The translations under genes were made by a program, and so were the position numbers. A DNA stretch of 64,000 nucleotides from an uncultured Ignavibacteriales bacterium (GTDB taxonomy: Bacteria > Zixibacteria > MSB-5A5 > GN15 > FEB-12): positions 185,588 through 249,587 of the forward strand of contig CAYJOL010000004.1 in NCBI GenBank assembly GCA_964371785.1. The letters are read 5' to 3'. Positions 18,963-28,843 of the stretch are shown piece by piece. Below the pieces are notes generated by a model that saw only the letters and a list, made by a program, of their open reading frames with translations, was not told the origin of the DNA and made no database searches. Every line of letters starts with the position of its first letter. Position 1 is the first letter of the stretch.

Positions 18963-20753
18963 TTACATTTCGTTGGCAGCCTTGAGTTCTTTGAGGCGGT
19001 CGTTGGCTATCTGCAGCAGACGGGTCATCTGAGCCTTCTGCGCCGGATCTGTTATCTGATCCATCTGCGAAGAAAACATCCCGATCATCTGCTCGAGACG
19101 CGCCGGGTCCTTAATCGACATGATCATCTGCTTGGCCTGCGCGAACTGCGGATCTTCGGCCGCTTCGCCCGCACCACCCTGAGTCGCCTTTGTATTTATT
19201 ACCATCACATTTCGCTGATCATTGGCAAAATACTTGTTCGCTACGCGCTGGATGTCCGCCGCAGTCACCGAATCGCACTTCTGAGGATTCAGGTTGGCTT
19301 CCTTCCAGTCGCCCATGGCCGCATTCTGACCGATGTAGAACAGGATGCCGATACCCGCCATCCGGTCCATGGAACGAATCATGTCGACCTTCATCTGGTT
19401 CTTGACTTTCTGGAGCTCATCCGGTGTCACCGGGTTAGCCTTGAGGGCCTCAATTACCTCGTAAATCGCCTGCTCCAGATCTTCCGCACGTACTCCGGAT
19501 ATCCCTTCAGCGTCAATCTGGAACATGCCGGCGAATCTTCTGGAATCCTGCGACGCACTCACCGCCAGTCGGCCGCCGCCCATCCCGCGACCGCCACCGC
19601 TGACCGAACCTTTGGCAATCCCTTTTTCATCGACCAGTTTCTTGTATAAGCGCCCGGTCTTGCCGCTCATGATTCCCGCCATTACTTCAAGTGGGTAGCT
19701 GTCGGTGTGTTTGAATGCGACCGTGTGATACGCGACCGTGGCCTGAGGGCTTGCTTCCGCATCCGATATCAGGCGCTTTTCACCGTACTGCTGTTCTTCG
19801 AGGGTCACCACCTCCGGCGGGGGCGTAGTCCCGCGCGGAATCCGCTCAAAGTATTTACGTACCATCACGATCATCTCATCCGGATTCAGGTCCCCAACCA
19901 GTATCATCGACAAATTATTGGGAGCATAATACGTATTGTAATAATTATCGGCTTGCTCGCGCGTGATGCTTCCAAGATCGGATGGCCAGCCGATTACATC
20001 CCAATGGTATGACGATGACTTCCAGAACATCGCCTGAAAGTCCTCCTCCACCCGTCCGGTCGGCGTAGATTCTACACCAAGCCGGCGCTCTTCACGCACA
20101 ACATCACGCTCGGAATAGAATTCCCTGAAAACGGGATGACTGAATCGATCAGATTCAAGCCACATATACAGCTCGATCTTGTTCTTAGGCAGACGCAAGA
20201 AGTAGGCAGTCATGTCCTGCGAGGTAAAGGCATTAAGGAATGACCCGCCGTTCTTGCTGTAGAGCTCATCGAGCTGGTCCTTGATAATCAACTGGCGTTG
20301 TTCCAGTATGAGACTGTCGAACACCTTTTCAATCTCTCTATAGCGAGGAGTCTTGGCCTCCGGATCGAGCATGTCGGAAATCTGACCGCGTCGGAGTTCC
20401 TCGCGCATTATGTTCTCCTCGGCGCGCATTAACCCACGCAGTGAGTCAAGCTGGGCCATGATTTCGCGATCGCGCTTGATATCCTTGGTGCCAATGATTT
20501 CTGTCCCTTTGAACATCATATGTTCAAACAGATGCGAAATTCCGGTTATGCCGGGAATTTCATTGGATGACCCGACCCGGGCGAAAATGGCGGCCATGAT
20601 CGTGGGAGCCTCGTGCTTTTCCACCATCAGGACCTGCATGCCGTTGTCCAGCCGGTACTCTTTGGCATCGATGTTCTGCGCGGCCGTCGGACACGCGACG
20701 GCCAGAAGCAACGCCGCGACGACCACACCTGCATACAGACTGCGCCTGTTCAT
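18963..20753 (-). CDS. M16-family (pitrilysin/insulinase-like) zinc metallopeptidase
   Basis: 596 aa with signal peptide MNRRSLYAGVVVAALLLAVACPTAAQ. The inverted zinc-binding motif is HLFEHMMFKGT (HxxEH). Confidence 0.85.
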   Translation of the reverse strand: MNRRSLYAGVVVAALLLAVACPTAAQNIDAKEYRLDNGMQVLMVEKHEAPTIMAAIFARVGSSNEIPGITGISHLFEHMMFKGTEIIGTKDIKRDREIMAQLDSLRGLMRAEENIMREELRRGQISDMLDPEAKTPRYREIEKVFDSLILEQRQLIIKDQLDELYSKNGGSFLNAFTSQDMTAYFLRLPKNKIELYMWLESDRFSHPVFREFYSERDVVREERRLGVESTPTGRVEEDFQAMFWKSSSYHWDVIGWPSDLGSITREQADNYYNTYYAPNNLSMILVGDLNPDEMIVMVRKYFERIPRGTTPPPEVVTLEEQQYGEKRLISDAEASPQATVAYHTVAFKHTDSYPLEVMAGIMSGKTGRLYKKLVDEKGIAKGSVSGGGRGMGGGRLAVSASQDSRRFAGMFQIDAEGISGVRAEDLEQAIYEVIEALKANPVTPDELQKVKNQMKVDMIRSMDRMAGIGILFYIGQNAAMGDWKEANLNPQKCDSVTAADIQRVANKYFANDQRNVMVINTKATQGGAGEAAEDPQFAQAKQMIMSIKDPARLEQMIGMFSSQMDQITDPAQKAQMTRLLQIANDRLKELKAANEM

Positions 20754-21022
20754 GAGTTAGTCCTTCTCTGTTTTGTGCTTATTGAGCCAACACTCTGCTC
20801 GGCATCCCCTTTCGGGCTGCGTCGAAATGTATACTATGCTATCCCCTTTAGAAAATCAAGCGGATTGTAATGGTTGCATATGATATCGGTTTTCATCTAC
20901 ACGGTGTGTGTTCGTACCGGCCAGCGGACACTTGCGTTGATTTCGTCAACTGACTATCATTATTCCGTAGCAAAATCATTCACCCTCTGTGAAAAAGCAC
21001 TTCTGTCGAAGGAGTCAGATTA

Positions 21023-22969
21023 ATGAGTTACTTCTTGCGAATTTCAATCAGCTTTCTTGTTTTCATGAATTTCGCCGCTGTTGTCATGCCAGATAGTCAA
21101 CAGACGATGCATATCCGTTCGCACGACCGTACAAAAGTGATTACCGACCCATCCAAAGGTTACAACAGCTACCCGGCCTGGGCAGTCTTTCCGTCGGTCA
21201 CGACCGACTATCGTAAGGTCGTGCTGAACGTGACCTACGCCTGCCCTGACAGCCAGCACTGCGGTGAATGGGATTATATCGACGGCATCTATCTGCGTCG
21301 AACCGGGGGTCAAGGCGGCACTTCACACGATATCGAACTTGCCCGCTTAATATCACCCTATGGTTGGCAGTTTGACTCCACCTGGGGCTTCACATGGCAT
21401 GTCGACATCACCGATTTTTCGTTTTTATTGCACGATTCGGTAGAAATTGAATTCAGGCACACCGGATACGAGAAAAACGATGACCGTGGGTGGCTTATCA
21501 CGCTTGATTTCGCGGTTGCCGAAGGCCGCCCGTCAGTCGCGGTGCTTGGAATGGATACCCTTTGGTGCGGCTCAATTCCGTACGGTGATTCGACCAAACC
21601 GATCGACAGCATTCTTTCGCCCACAAGATTCACCGGACGACCTGACGCAGACATGGTCCGCCTTCGCATCCATCAGACCGGCCATGGCATGGATGATTTC
21701 GAAAACTGCTCTGAATTTTGCAGCAAGTGGCGGCAAGTCTACTTTGACGACTCCCTTGTCGATCAACGTCAGGTCTGGCGCAAATGTGGAGACAACCCGC
21801 TGTATCCGCAGGCTGGAACCTGGCTGTTTGATCGCGCTAATTGGTGCCCGGGTTCAATTGTCTTTCCCGATATCTATGACTACCCAATCACGCCCGGTTC
21901 CTCGCACACGGTGACCATTCGCATGGAGCCATATACTGACACCCTCAAACCTTCGGCGAATTATTTCCTGTACTCCTATCTCTTTTACTGTGCCAGACCC
22001 TGGGCGACGAATGATGTCTCACTCGAGGACATTATCGTCCCCTCGACCGCCGACGAATACTCGCGCCAGAACCCGGCCTGCGCTTATCCGATAATCCGCA
22101 TCAAGAACAGCGGTAACGCACCTCTGACTTCTGTAATCGTGCGTTATGGCCTCGTCGGAAGCCAACTACAGACGTATGAATGGGCGGGACAACTGGCTCC
22201 CCAGCAGTACGCCAATGTCGACCTGCCGGGACCAATTGATGGTCCAGAAGGAAATCAGCAGTTCAACGTGTCATTGGAAGAACCAAACGGTGAGAGGGAT
22301 GAGTACCCGGCCGACAACCAGCTGACCTCAACGGTCAAACTACCGCCAGTCTACGGAACGAAGTTCATCGTGCTGTTTCGAAGCAATACTGACTCAACTG
22401 ATAACGCATATTCCGTCCAGGATGCCGACGGCGATAAGCTGATGGAACACCAGCTCGGCTCGATGACCGCGAATACGTCATACCACGACACTCTGGACCT
22501 TCCCGCCGGATGTTATCGGCTCATTGTCGAAGACACTTCTGGCTCCGGACTTAATTTCTGGTTCAATCCCGAAGGCGGCTATGGGTTTATCCGCATGCTC
22601 GATATGCATGGCCACCTATTGCATGCGTTCAATTCGGATTTTGGGAGCAGTATCGACTACTGGTTCACGACTTCCGACAATCCGGCACCGACTGCACTGC
22701 CTGACACCCCGTTGGTGAACCCATTTCCTCCCCGAAACGAAGGTAAATTCGACGTTGAAGTGTTTCTGAATGACACTGCCGACGTAACAATACAGATCTT
22801 TCCGGCCGACAGTGCCAGATTGGTATTCGACAAGAACTACCAGGCAGTCAAAGAAGCGTTCCTGCCGGTAGATATAAGTTCTGAGCCCGATGGTGTTTAT
22901 TATGTTAAGTTAAGCACGGGCGATAAGACTGTATCCCGACGGATCCGCGTCAAGCGAGAGGGTCCGTAG
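21023..22969 (+). CDS. Secreted PNGase F (peptide-N4-(N-acetyl-beta-glucosaminyl)asparagine amidase F) homologue with extra beta-sandwich region and T9SS-type C-terminal domain
   Basis: Segments match my recollection of Elizabethkingia PNGase F. CPDSQHCGEWDYIDGIYL corresponds to CPNKTCDEWDRYANVYV, ARLISPYGW to GRFITPYW, VDITDFSFLL to IDVTDFKSLL, CSEFC to CAEWC, and GTWLFDRANWCPGSIV to GNWAPDRAGWCPGMAV. The C-terminus (nt ~22709-22966) NPFPP...DGVYYVKLSTGDKTVSRRIRVKR resembles a T9SS sorting domain. Confidence 0.72.
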   Translation: MSYFLRISISFLVFMNFAAVVMPDSQQTMHIRSHDRTKVITDPSKGYNSYPAWAVFPSVTTDYRKVVLNVTYACPDSQHCGEWDYIDGIYLRRTGGQGGTSHDIELARLISPYGWQFDSTWGFTWHVDITDFSFLLHDSVEIEFRHTGYEKNDDRGWLITLDFAVAEGRPSVAVLGMDTLWCGSIPYGDSTKPIDSILSPTRFTGRPDADMVRLRIHQTGHGMDDFENCSEFCSKWRQVYFDDSLVDQRQVWRKCGDNPLYPQAGTWLFDRANWCPGSIVFPDIYDYPITPGSSHTVTIRMEPYTDTLKPSANYFLYSYLFYCARPWATNDVSLEDIIVPSTADEYSRQNPACAYPIIRIKNSGNAPLTSVIVRYGLVGSQLQTYEWAGQLAPQQYANVDLPGPIDGPEGNQQFNVSLEEPNGERDEYPADNQLTSTVKLPPVYGTKFIVLFRSNTDSTDNAYSVQDADGDKLMEHQLGSMTANTSYHDTLDLPAGCYRLIVEDTSGSGLNFWFNPEGGYGFIRMLDMHGHLLHAFNSDFGSSIDYWFTTSDNPAPTALPDTPLVNPFPPRNEGKFDVEVFLNDTADVTIQIFPADSARLVFDKNYQAVKEAFLPVDISSEPDGVYYVKLSTGDKTVSRRIRVKREGP

Positions 22970-23010
22970 ACTGTCAGCAGCAGATACACGCATGATGAGT
23001 GCAAATTAAA

Positions 23011-23046
23011 AGCGGTGGGATGATTTCGTTCCACCGCTTTGTTTAT
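23011..23046. terminator. Rho-independent terminator between convergent genes
   Basis: agcggtgg-(12 nt loop)-ccaccgct followed by ttgtttat, with an A-run (ttaaaa) on the other side so it can serve both strands. Confidence 0.6.
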
Positions 23047-23068
23047 CTGGGTCGAAGAATTTTGACGG

Positions 23069-24397
23069 CTAAGATTGACTTCCGGATTTCGATGCCGCCA
23101 GAGCTTGTTCAGCACCCGGAGTCTTCCGTTCGAACCGTCGCCCGATCATGAAGAATAGGATCGTCACCACGATCATCATTATAGTCATCGCGCCAAAATA
23201 TGACCCTGGCGCCACCTGGGTATAGATGCGAGAGAACCATGCGGCAAGTGTATCGCCAAGGAATACCGTGAACAACCAGACGCCGGTGATCACGGATTTC
23301 ATTCGATCCGGCGCCTCTTCGAACGCCAATTGCAGACCGACTACCGAGATGCACAGCTCGGCCATGGTTATCAGGATATATGCGCCTAATTCCCACATGA
23401 TCGAGACCTTGGAATTGACCCCGATATAACCTGCCAGCGACATAAGACCCATACACAACACCACCAGCACGAAACCTATGAGCATCTTTCGCGGCGATGA
23501 CAGCTTGTGCGTCTCATCGCGGTCTGTACGTGACCATATCCAGGCAAAAAGCGGCGTCATGATTACAATCAGTACCGGATTCAGGCTCTGAACAGCATCG
23601 GGTGGAATGTGCCAAGTCCATTTAAGGATCTGTATGTCAAGAATCATGTAGTCACGCGCAAAGAGTGTCCAGGTAGAGTACGATTGATCGAAAATCGACC
23701 AGAAGAAAACAATCAGAAGAAACAAACCTGAGAGCCGGATAAGAGCTGCTTTTTCCTCGTGCTTCTGCTCCGGGGTCTTGACCAGTTGCCGGTCCCTTTT
23801 GATCTCTTCTTTCGGATAGTATTTCTTTCCGTAATAAAAGATTCCCAGTGACACAACCATCAGCACCGTTGGCGCCATGAAAGCCGCACCATAGCCGTAC
23901 CGATCCCGGATAAACGGAAGGGAGAAGGTGGTAACGAAGGCGCCGATATTGATCGCCATGTAAAACCAGGAGAACGCCTGTGTCATTAAATGGGATTTGC
24001 CTTCCTTCTGATACATCAACCCCATCAGCGTGCTGATATTCGGCTTGATTGATCCGGATCCTCCGGCCAGCAGGAGCAGCGCGGTATACAGTCCTATCTG
24101 ATTATTGAACGTTCCGAGTATTATGTGCCCGAGAATGTAAGGAATCGCAAAGTAGATAATCGTTTTGAACTTGCCCAGGTAATTGTCGGCTATATATCCG
24201 CCGACAATAGGCAAAATGTAGCAGAAGGCGGTGAACAGCGAGACCACCGAAGCGCTGTTTGCATCGCTATAGTTGAGCGACTGTACCATATACAGAAGCA
24301 GCAGCGTCTTCATACCATAGAAGCTCGCCCGTTCGGCCAGTTCCCCCCAGAAAATAAACCAGAATCCTCGTGGGTGATGATTGTCTACTACATGCAT
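23069..24397 (-). CDS. POT/PTR2-family proton-dependent di/tripeptide transporter
   Basis: 442 aa polytopic membrane protein. The TM1 signature FWGELAERASFYGMK is the ExxER(F)xYYG-type motif of POT transporters. Confidence 0.85.
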   Translation of the reverse strand: MHVVDNHHPRGFWFIFWGELAERASFYGMKTLLLLYMVQSLNYSDANSASVVSLFTAFCYILPIVGGYIADNYLGKFKTIIYFAIPYILGHIILGTFNNQIGLYTALLLLAGGSGSIKPNISTLMGLMYQKEGKSHLMTQAFSWFYMAINIGAFVTTFSLPFIRDRYGYGAAFMAPTVLMVVSLGIFYYGKKYYPKEEIKRDRQLVKTPEQKHEEKAALIRLSGLFLLIVFFWSIFDQSYSTWTLFARDYMILDIQILKWTWHIPPDAVQSLNPVLIVIMTPLFAWIWSRTDRDETHKLSSPRKMLIGFVLVVLCMGLMSLAGYIGVNSKVSIMWELGAYILITMAELCISVVGLQLAFEEAPDRMKSVITGVWLFTVFLGDTLAAWFSRIYTQVAPGSYFGAMTIMMIVVTILFFMIGRRFERKTPGAEQALAASKSGSQS

Positions 24398-24425
24398 ACC
24401 TTATACCTCCAAAAGCGTTGTCGTT

Positions 24426-25742
24426 CTACTGTCGGGATGGTTCTTTCACCAGATCCGAGGCGGTCATCGGAGTAACCATGAGTTTCAAATATCGCGCCCA
24501 TATCTCAGAGCTATCCGGGTCGCCTCTGAACACATAATTTCGGGTCAATTCTTCTCCCAGTGTATAGTTGATGACGTACGATCGGTAGTTTTTGTAAAAA
24601 TCAATCGCTTCCTTCGCCCCCCCTTCAGATCGTCCCGCGTATTTTACAAGGAATTCGACGGTCTCGCGTTCAGTTTTTGCGCCGTCGAGAAACATCCGGG
24701 CCGCTTCGGTCCAGGCCAAGTCCATAGCCCGAGCCTCTTGCATCACCTGCAAATACTGGTCGACAAGTGAGGTATCCAGCCCGGCCACAGGAAACAGAAT
24801 CTCCCTGTAGAATTGCCTTTTCTCTGAAGGCGTGAAGAGAACGTCAATCCCCAGATTGGCCAGCCCCTCTGATATCAGAGAAGACGGACAGTACAAGGGC
24901 TGAACGGCATATTCGACCCAGCCACTATCATGATAGAGCTGCTTCTCCTGAATGACCGCCAGCACGTGGTGTCCCGGGTACCCTTCGTGTGCCGCCGTAC
25001 CGAGTAATCCGCCGAGATCAAAACCTCTGTCGGAGTTTACTTGGATAAGACTTTCCCCGTTCCCTCTGTACCAGTTGTAAGCGCCCCATGGTTTGTTGCT
25101 GACGTACTCAATTGAGAAGCGTTCGTTTTCAGGAAGTGTAATATGCCCCCTTGTTCGTCGACGACACTCCTCCACGCATGTTCTGAAAATTGTGTCGAGC
25201 CGCTCAGGGGGAAATTTGAACTGCTTGGTGTACTCAATATATCGTTTGGAGACCGGCCCGGTGCCCGGAAGAAGATCATCCAGCAAATTCAATGCTCGCT
25301 GGAAGAACAGGCTGTCGCGGTGAGGCAGCACGGCATCAAACAGCTTCTTTGACTCCTCATCGAACGATATCCGACGGCCGTCCAGTCTGTCGACTATAGC
25401 AAGCGCGGCTATCACGTGAGGCTGGAGCGAACTGACCCGATACTTATCGGTTTGGCTCAGCGCGCTTTCGGGCAAGGATGTGAGAGCTTGAATTAAGAGG
25501 TGCCCCTCATTGGCCAGATCTATATAAGGAAATTCCGGCGGTGCGGCTGAATCGATGGCTGTCCGCCACGATTCAGGACCGAAATACGCGTCAACAAAGT
25601 CAGGCTCAAAATGGCCGATCTTCAGAACGAATTGAACATATGCCTCAGCCAGTGAATCGACCGCTGATTCGGATGCACGCGCGGTCGCACTCACTAATAG
25701 TGCTGCGGCTACACATAAGAATATTCCGGCGCGTCCGGCCAC
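24426..25742 (-). CDS. Secreted DUF885-family protein (putative metallopeptidase-like)
   Basis: Signal peptide MAGRAGIFLCVAAALLVSATARA. The motif AAHEGYPGHHV is the HExxPGHH signature I associate with DUF885. A 28-bp gap separates it from the downstream POT gene. Confidence 0.6.
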   Translation of the reverse strand: MAGRAGIFLCVAAALLVSATARASESAVDSLAEAYVQFVLKIGHFEPDFVDAYFGPESWRTAIDSAAPPEFPYIDLANEGHLLIQALTSLPESALSQTDKYRVSSLQPHVIAALAIVDRLDGRRISFDEESKKLFDAVLPHRDSLFFQRALNLLDDLLPGTGPVSKRYIEYTKQFKFPPERLDTIFRTCVEECRRRTRGHITLPENERFSIEYVSNKPWGAYNWYRGNGESLIQVNSDRGFDLGGLLGTAAHEGYPGHHVLAVIQEKQLYHDSGWVEYAVQPLYCPSSLISEGLANLGIDVLFTPSEKRQFYREILFPVAGLDTSLVDQYLQVMQEARAMDLAWTEAARMFLDGAKTERETVEFLVKYAGRSEGGAKEAIDFYKNYRSYVINYTLGEELTRNYVFRGDPDSSEIWARYLKLMVTPMTASDLVKEPSRQ

Positions 25743-25858
25743 TAAACTCCTCTCGGCCCAATCGGCTGCCCGGTGATAGAAACCAACACCTTCGCTTATA
25801 CCGTGGAGTACAATGTCAGGTTTACCGGAAAAAAGGGCAAGAGGAATCTTGGAGCGGA

Positions 25859-27256
25859 TTAGACCGTCGTCACATTTTGTCCGGGGCTTCCCTGAAGTAT
25901 CGCCGCCACCGTCTTCAGGCCGGTGCGGAGCAATTCCCGTGTATGCGGCACTATAACCGAAAGTCTCACGGCCATGACCGGCGCTTTCGAGTCAACCGCG
26001 AACGCTTCGCCGGGAGCGATAACCACGCCGCGCAACTGCGCTTCCATCGCCACCTGCATGCTTGTCCACCCACCCGGCAGCTCCAACCAGAGGTGATAGC
26101 TGGCGGGATGATTTCTGAACGACAGCCCTCGAAAGACTTCTGACGCCACCTTCTGCCGCAGAGCGGTGTCTTCGCGCCGCCGCGCGATAACCTGATCGGC
26201 TGTACCATCGTCCCTCCACATGGTGAACAATTCACCGACCAGCGGCGTCACACCCAGACACGAAGCATTTAATCCTTCTATCATTCTCCTGCGGCTCCGA
26301 ACCGGCGCCAGCACGAATCCTATCCGAAGACCTGCCGCGATCGATTTGGACGCCGATATCGTTAGATAGCTCTGCTCGGGAATCAGCGAAGTAATGTATC
26401 CGGGATGCTCCGTCAGCAGGGGCCGCATTATCTCATCCTCGATGACCGTCACACCATATTTCTCGGCGATCGCGGCAATTTCTCTTCGACGAACGGCCGG
26501 CCAGATGGTGTTGGTGGGATTCTGAAGCGATGGGTTGCAGTAAAGGGCGCGGATTCGACGTTGCCGACAGGCCGTCTCGAGAACATCTGGCAACATTCCT
26601 TGCTCATCGGAAGCTATACCGATCACCTGAAGATTCATCTGTTCGGCCAGCGCACGAATACCCGTGTACGTGAATCTTTCCACCGCAATCGAGTCACCGT
26701 GCTTCGTCTCGGCTGAAAGTATGACTGACAGAGCATGCTGGGCTCCCGACGTCACAAACACCGACTCCGGTTCGGCCTCAATACCGAGCGATTTCAACCA
26801 CTGCGCGCCGCTCTCACGGTGTCTGGTAAATCCGGCCGCCGGTGGATACTCCAACAATGAATGAGCGCTTCGTGAACGGGCGATTCGCTTCAATGCCGAA
26901 GGAAGGTCCGGATCGAGACTATAGACCGGGTGATTCTTGCTCAGGTCTATTCCTACCTGGGGACGTTCTGCGATACTGGCCAGAATGGAACGACCCGTCC
27001 GGGGCGACCCGACGTATGTCCCGCGACGGCCTTCGCTGCGTATCAACCCTCGCTGTTCAGCCTCGGCATAGGCGCGGGTCACCGTTCCAATCGCCACCGA
27101 GAGAGAGTCCGCCAACTCCCGCTGAGTCGGAAGTTTTGTCTCATCTGCCAACCTCCCTCGATTAATATCATTCTCAATAGCCTTTACAATTGCCATGTAG
27201 AGGGGTTGGTCGACCGACTGAAGATCTGGTTTCCAGGATACCTGTTCTATGCTCAT
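25859..27256 (-). CDS. MocR-family transcriptional regulator (GntR wHTH fused to fold-type I aminotransferase-like domain)
   Basis: N-terminal GntR-type wHTH (LPTQRELADSLSVAIGTVTRAYAEAEQRGLI) plus a ~350-aa aminotransferase-like domain with PLP-lysine context SASKSIAAGLRIGF. Confidence 0.85.
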   Translation of the reverse strand: MSIEQVSWKPDLQSVDQPLYMAIVKAIENDINRGRLADETKLPTQRELADSLSVAIGTVTRAYAEAEQRGLIRSEGRRGTYVGSPRTGRSILASIAERPQVGIDLSKNHPVYSLDPDLPSALKRIARSRSAHSLLEYPPAAGFTRHRESGAQWLKSLGIEAEPESVFVTSGAQHALSVILSAETKHGDSIAVERFTYTGIRALAEQMNLQVIGIASDEQGMLPDVLETACRQRRIRALYCNPSLQNPTNTIWPAVRRREIAAIAEKYGVTVIEDEIMRPLLTEHPGYITSLIPEQSYLTISASKSIAAGLRIGFVLAPVRSRRRMIEGLNASCLGVTPLVGELFTMWRDDGTADQVIARRREDTALRQKVASEVFRGLSFRNHPASYHLWLELPGGWTSMQVAMEAQLRGVVIAPGEAFAVDSKAPVMAVRLSVIVPHTRELLRTGLKTVAAILQGSPGQNVTTV

Positions 27257-27324
27257 AATTTATTATACTTCAATATGATAGATCATCTAGTTGATATACG
27301 GGCGACTGGTTGTCGACGGCTTAC

Positions 27325-27367
27325 ATTGTTTATTGTCACTATGACAATATAATTGTAACTCTATTGT
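27325..27367. promoter_or_regulatory. ATTGT repeat array (4 direct copies plus 1 inverted, including the perfect palindrome ATTGTCA-cta-TGACAAT): candidate MocR operator
   Basis: ATTGT starts at 27325, 27332, 27352 and 27363. The palindrome spans 27332-27348. The array lies in the 187-bp divergent intergenic region between the MocR gene and the aminotransferase gene. Confidence 0.4.
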
Positions 27368-27443
27368 ATCATATAATGTATTATAAAAATGAAGTCAAGA
27401 CAAAGTTTCAAGATTGATGCCCTCCGTGGTTAGGAGTTGACAT

Positions 27444-28691
27444 ATGGTTGAATACAAATTCTCGTCGATGGCAACCCGGCTCCGTCGAACGGAAATTCGA
27501 GAGTTGCTCAAGCTGACCAGATTACCCGACACTATTTCATTCGGTGGAGGTCTGCCCGACCCGGCTATTTTCCCGTACAGCGCGGTCGAAGCTGCTTCGA
27601 TGCGAGCCATTCGTGAAAGCGGCCGCCTCGCGCTTCAGTACAGCCCCACTGAAGGCGAGCCGTTGCTGAAAGACCAGATTGCGGCCTTCCAGAAGAGGCA
27701 GGGCGAAGAAGTCAGGCCGGAAGACATGATTATCGTATCATCGTCACAACAGGCGCTGGACTTGCTCGGTAAGGTATTTTTAGACGCCGGCGACGCTGTG
27801 ATTGTCGAGAGGCCCTGCTATGTCGGGGCGATACAGTCTTTCCGCGCCATTGGAGCGGAATTTCACGGAATCGACATGGACCATGAAGGTATCATTCCTG
27901 AGAAGCTCGAGCAGACAGTAGCCGGCCTCATCAGCCGCAAGAAGAAACCCAAATTCATATACCTGATTCCTGATTTCCAGAATCCATCCGGACGGAACCT
28001 GAGTCTGGCCAGACGCCGCCAGGTGCTGGCCATTGCATCTAAATATGACATCCCGATTGTCGAAGACAGCCCCTACCGGGAGCTTCGGTACTCCGGCGAC
28101 CTACTGCCATCGATTCGGTCTCTGGACGCCGATGGCCGGGTGATCCAGATGAAGACACTTTCGAAAATCTTTTGTCCCGGCTTCCGTCTCGGCTGGTTGA
28201 TAGCTCCAGCCCCGGTTCTTGAGAAACTGATTATGGCGAAGCAGGGAACAGACCTCTGTACGTCCGCTTATGTTTCAATCGTAGCCGCCTACCTGCTGAT
28301 GGACGGTCACATAGAGAAGCAGATCGACATAAGCAGAAAGCTATATGCTCGCAAAGCTGCCACCATGCTCCGTGCTCTCGATACCTACATGCCGGCCGAC
28401 GAAGGTGTGACCTGGTCGCGGCCCGATGGCGGCATGTTTCTCTGGTTGACGCTTCCCCCATATATGGACACGGTTGAGATGATCCAGCAGGCGGTTCAAA
28501 AGCGGGTCGCCTATGTAGTGGGGTCGGCTTTTTACACCGATGGTTCCGGCAGAAATGAGATGCGTCTCAACTTCTCGTATCCGACCGAAGAACAGATTGT
28601 GCTGGGCATCGAAAGACTTGCCGAATTGGTTCGGAACCGCCTGACCCAGGAGCTGGCCACCAGTTGCCGCACACTTTCGCAGGAGAGCTGA
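27444..28691 (+). CDS. PLP-dependent aminotransferase, class I/II (2-aminoadipate/aromatic aminotransferase-like)
   Basis: 415 aa. The PLP-lysine context is TLSKIFCPGFRLGW, with YxPxxG-type N-terminal segments (LQYSPTEGEPLL). It is divergent from the MocR regulator. Confidence 0.8.
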   Translation: MVEYKFSSMATRLRRTEIRELLKLTRLPDTISFGGGLPDPAIFPYSAVEAASMRAIRESGRLALQYSPTEGEPLLKDQIAAFQKRQGEEVRPEDMIIVSSSQQALDLLGKVFLDAGDAVIVERPCYVGAIQSFRAIGAEFHGIDMDHEGIIPEKLEQTVAGLISRKKKPKFIYLIPDFQNPSGRNLSLARRRQVLAIASKYDIPIVEDSPYRELRYSGDLLPSIRSLDADGRVIQMKTLSKIFCPGFRLGWLIAPAPVLEKLIMAKQGTDLCTSAYVSIVAAYLLMDGHIEKQIDISRKLYARKAATMLRALDTYMPADEGVTWSRPDGGMFLWLTLPPYMDTVEMIQQAVQKRVAYVVGSAFYTDGSGRNEMRLNFSYPTEEQIVLGIERLAELVRNRLTQELATSCRTLSQES

Positions 28692-28723
28692 CTTCCAAGA
28701 GTAGGCTAAGATACACGTTCGAT

Positions 28724-28757
28724 GACGCCGGTTTCATTCTGCCGGCGTCTTTTTTTT
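28724..28757 (+). terminator. Strong rho-independent terminator
   Basis: gacgccgg-(10 nt loop)-ccggcgtc followed by T8, located 33 nt after the aminotransferase stop. Confidence 0.85.
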
Positions 28758-28843
28758 GCCTCTCCTGTTGCATAAGTCGCCTATTTCCGTACCTTGACAG
28801 GCAGTGATTTTCACAAGTGACTCCATGGGTTGAACGGCAGCAG

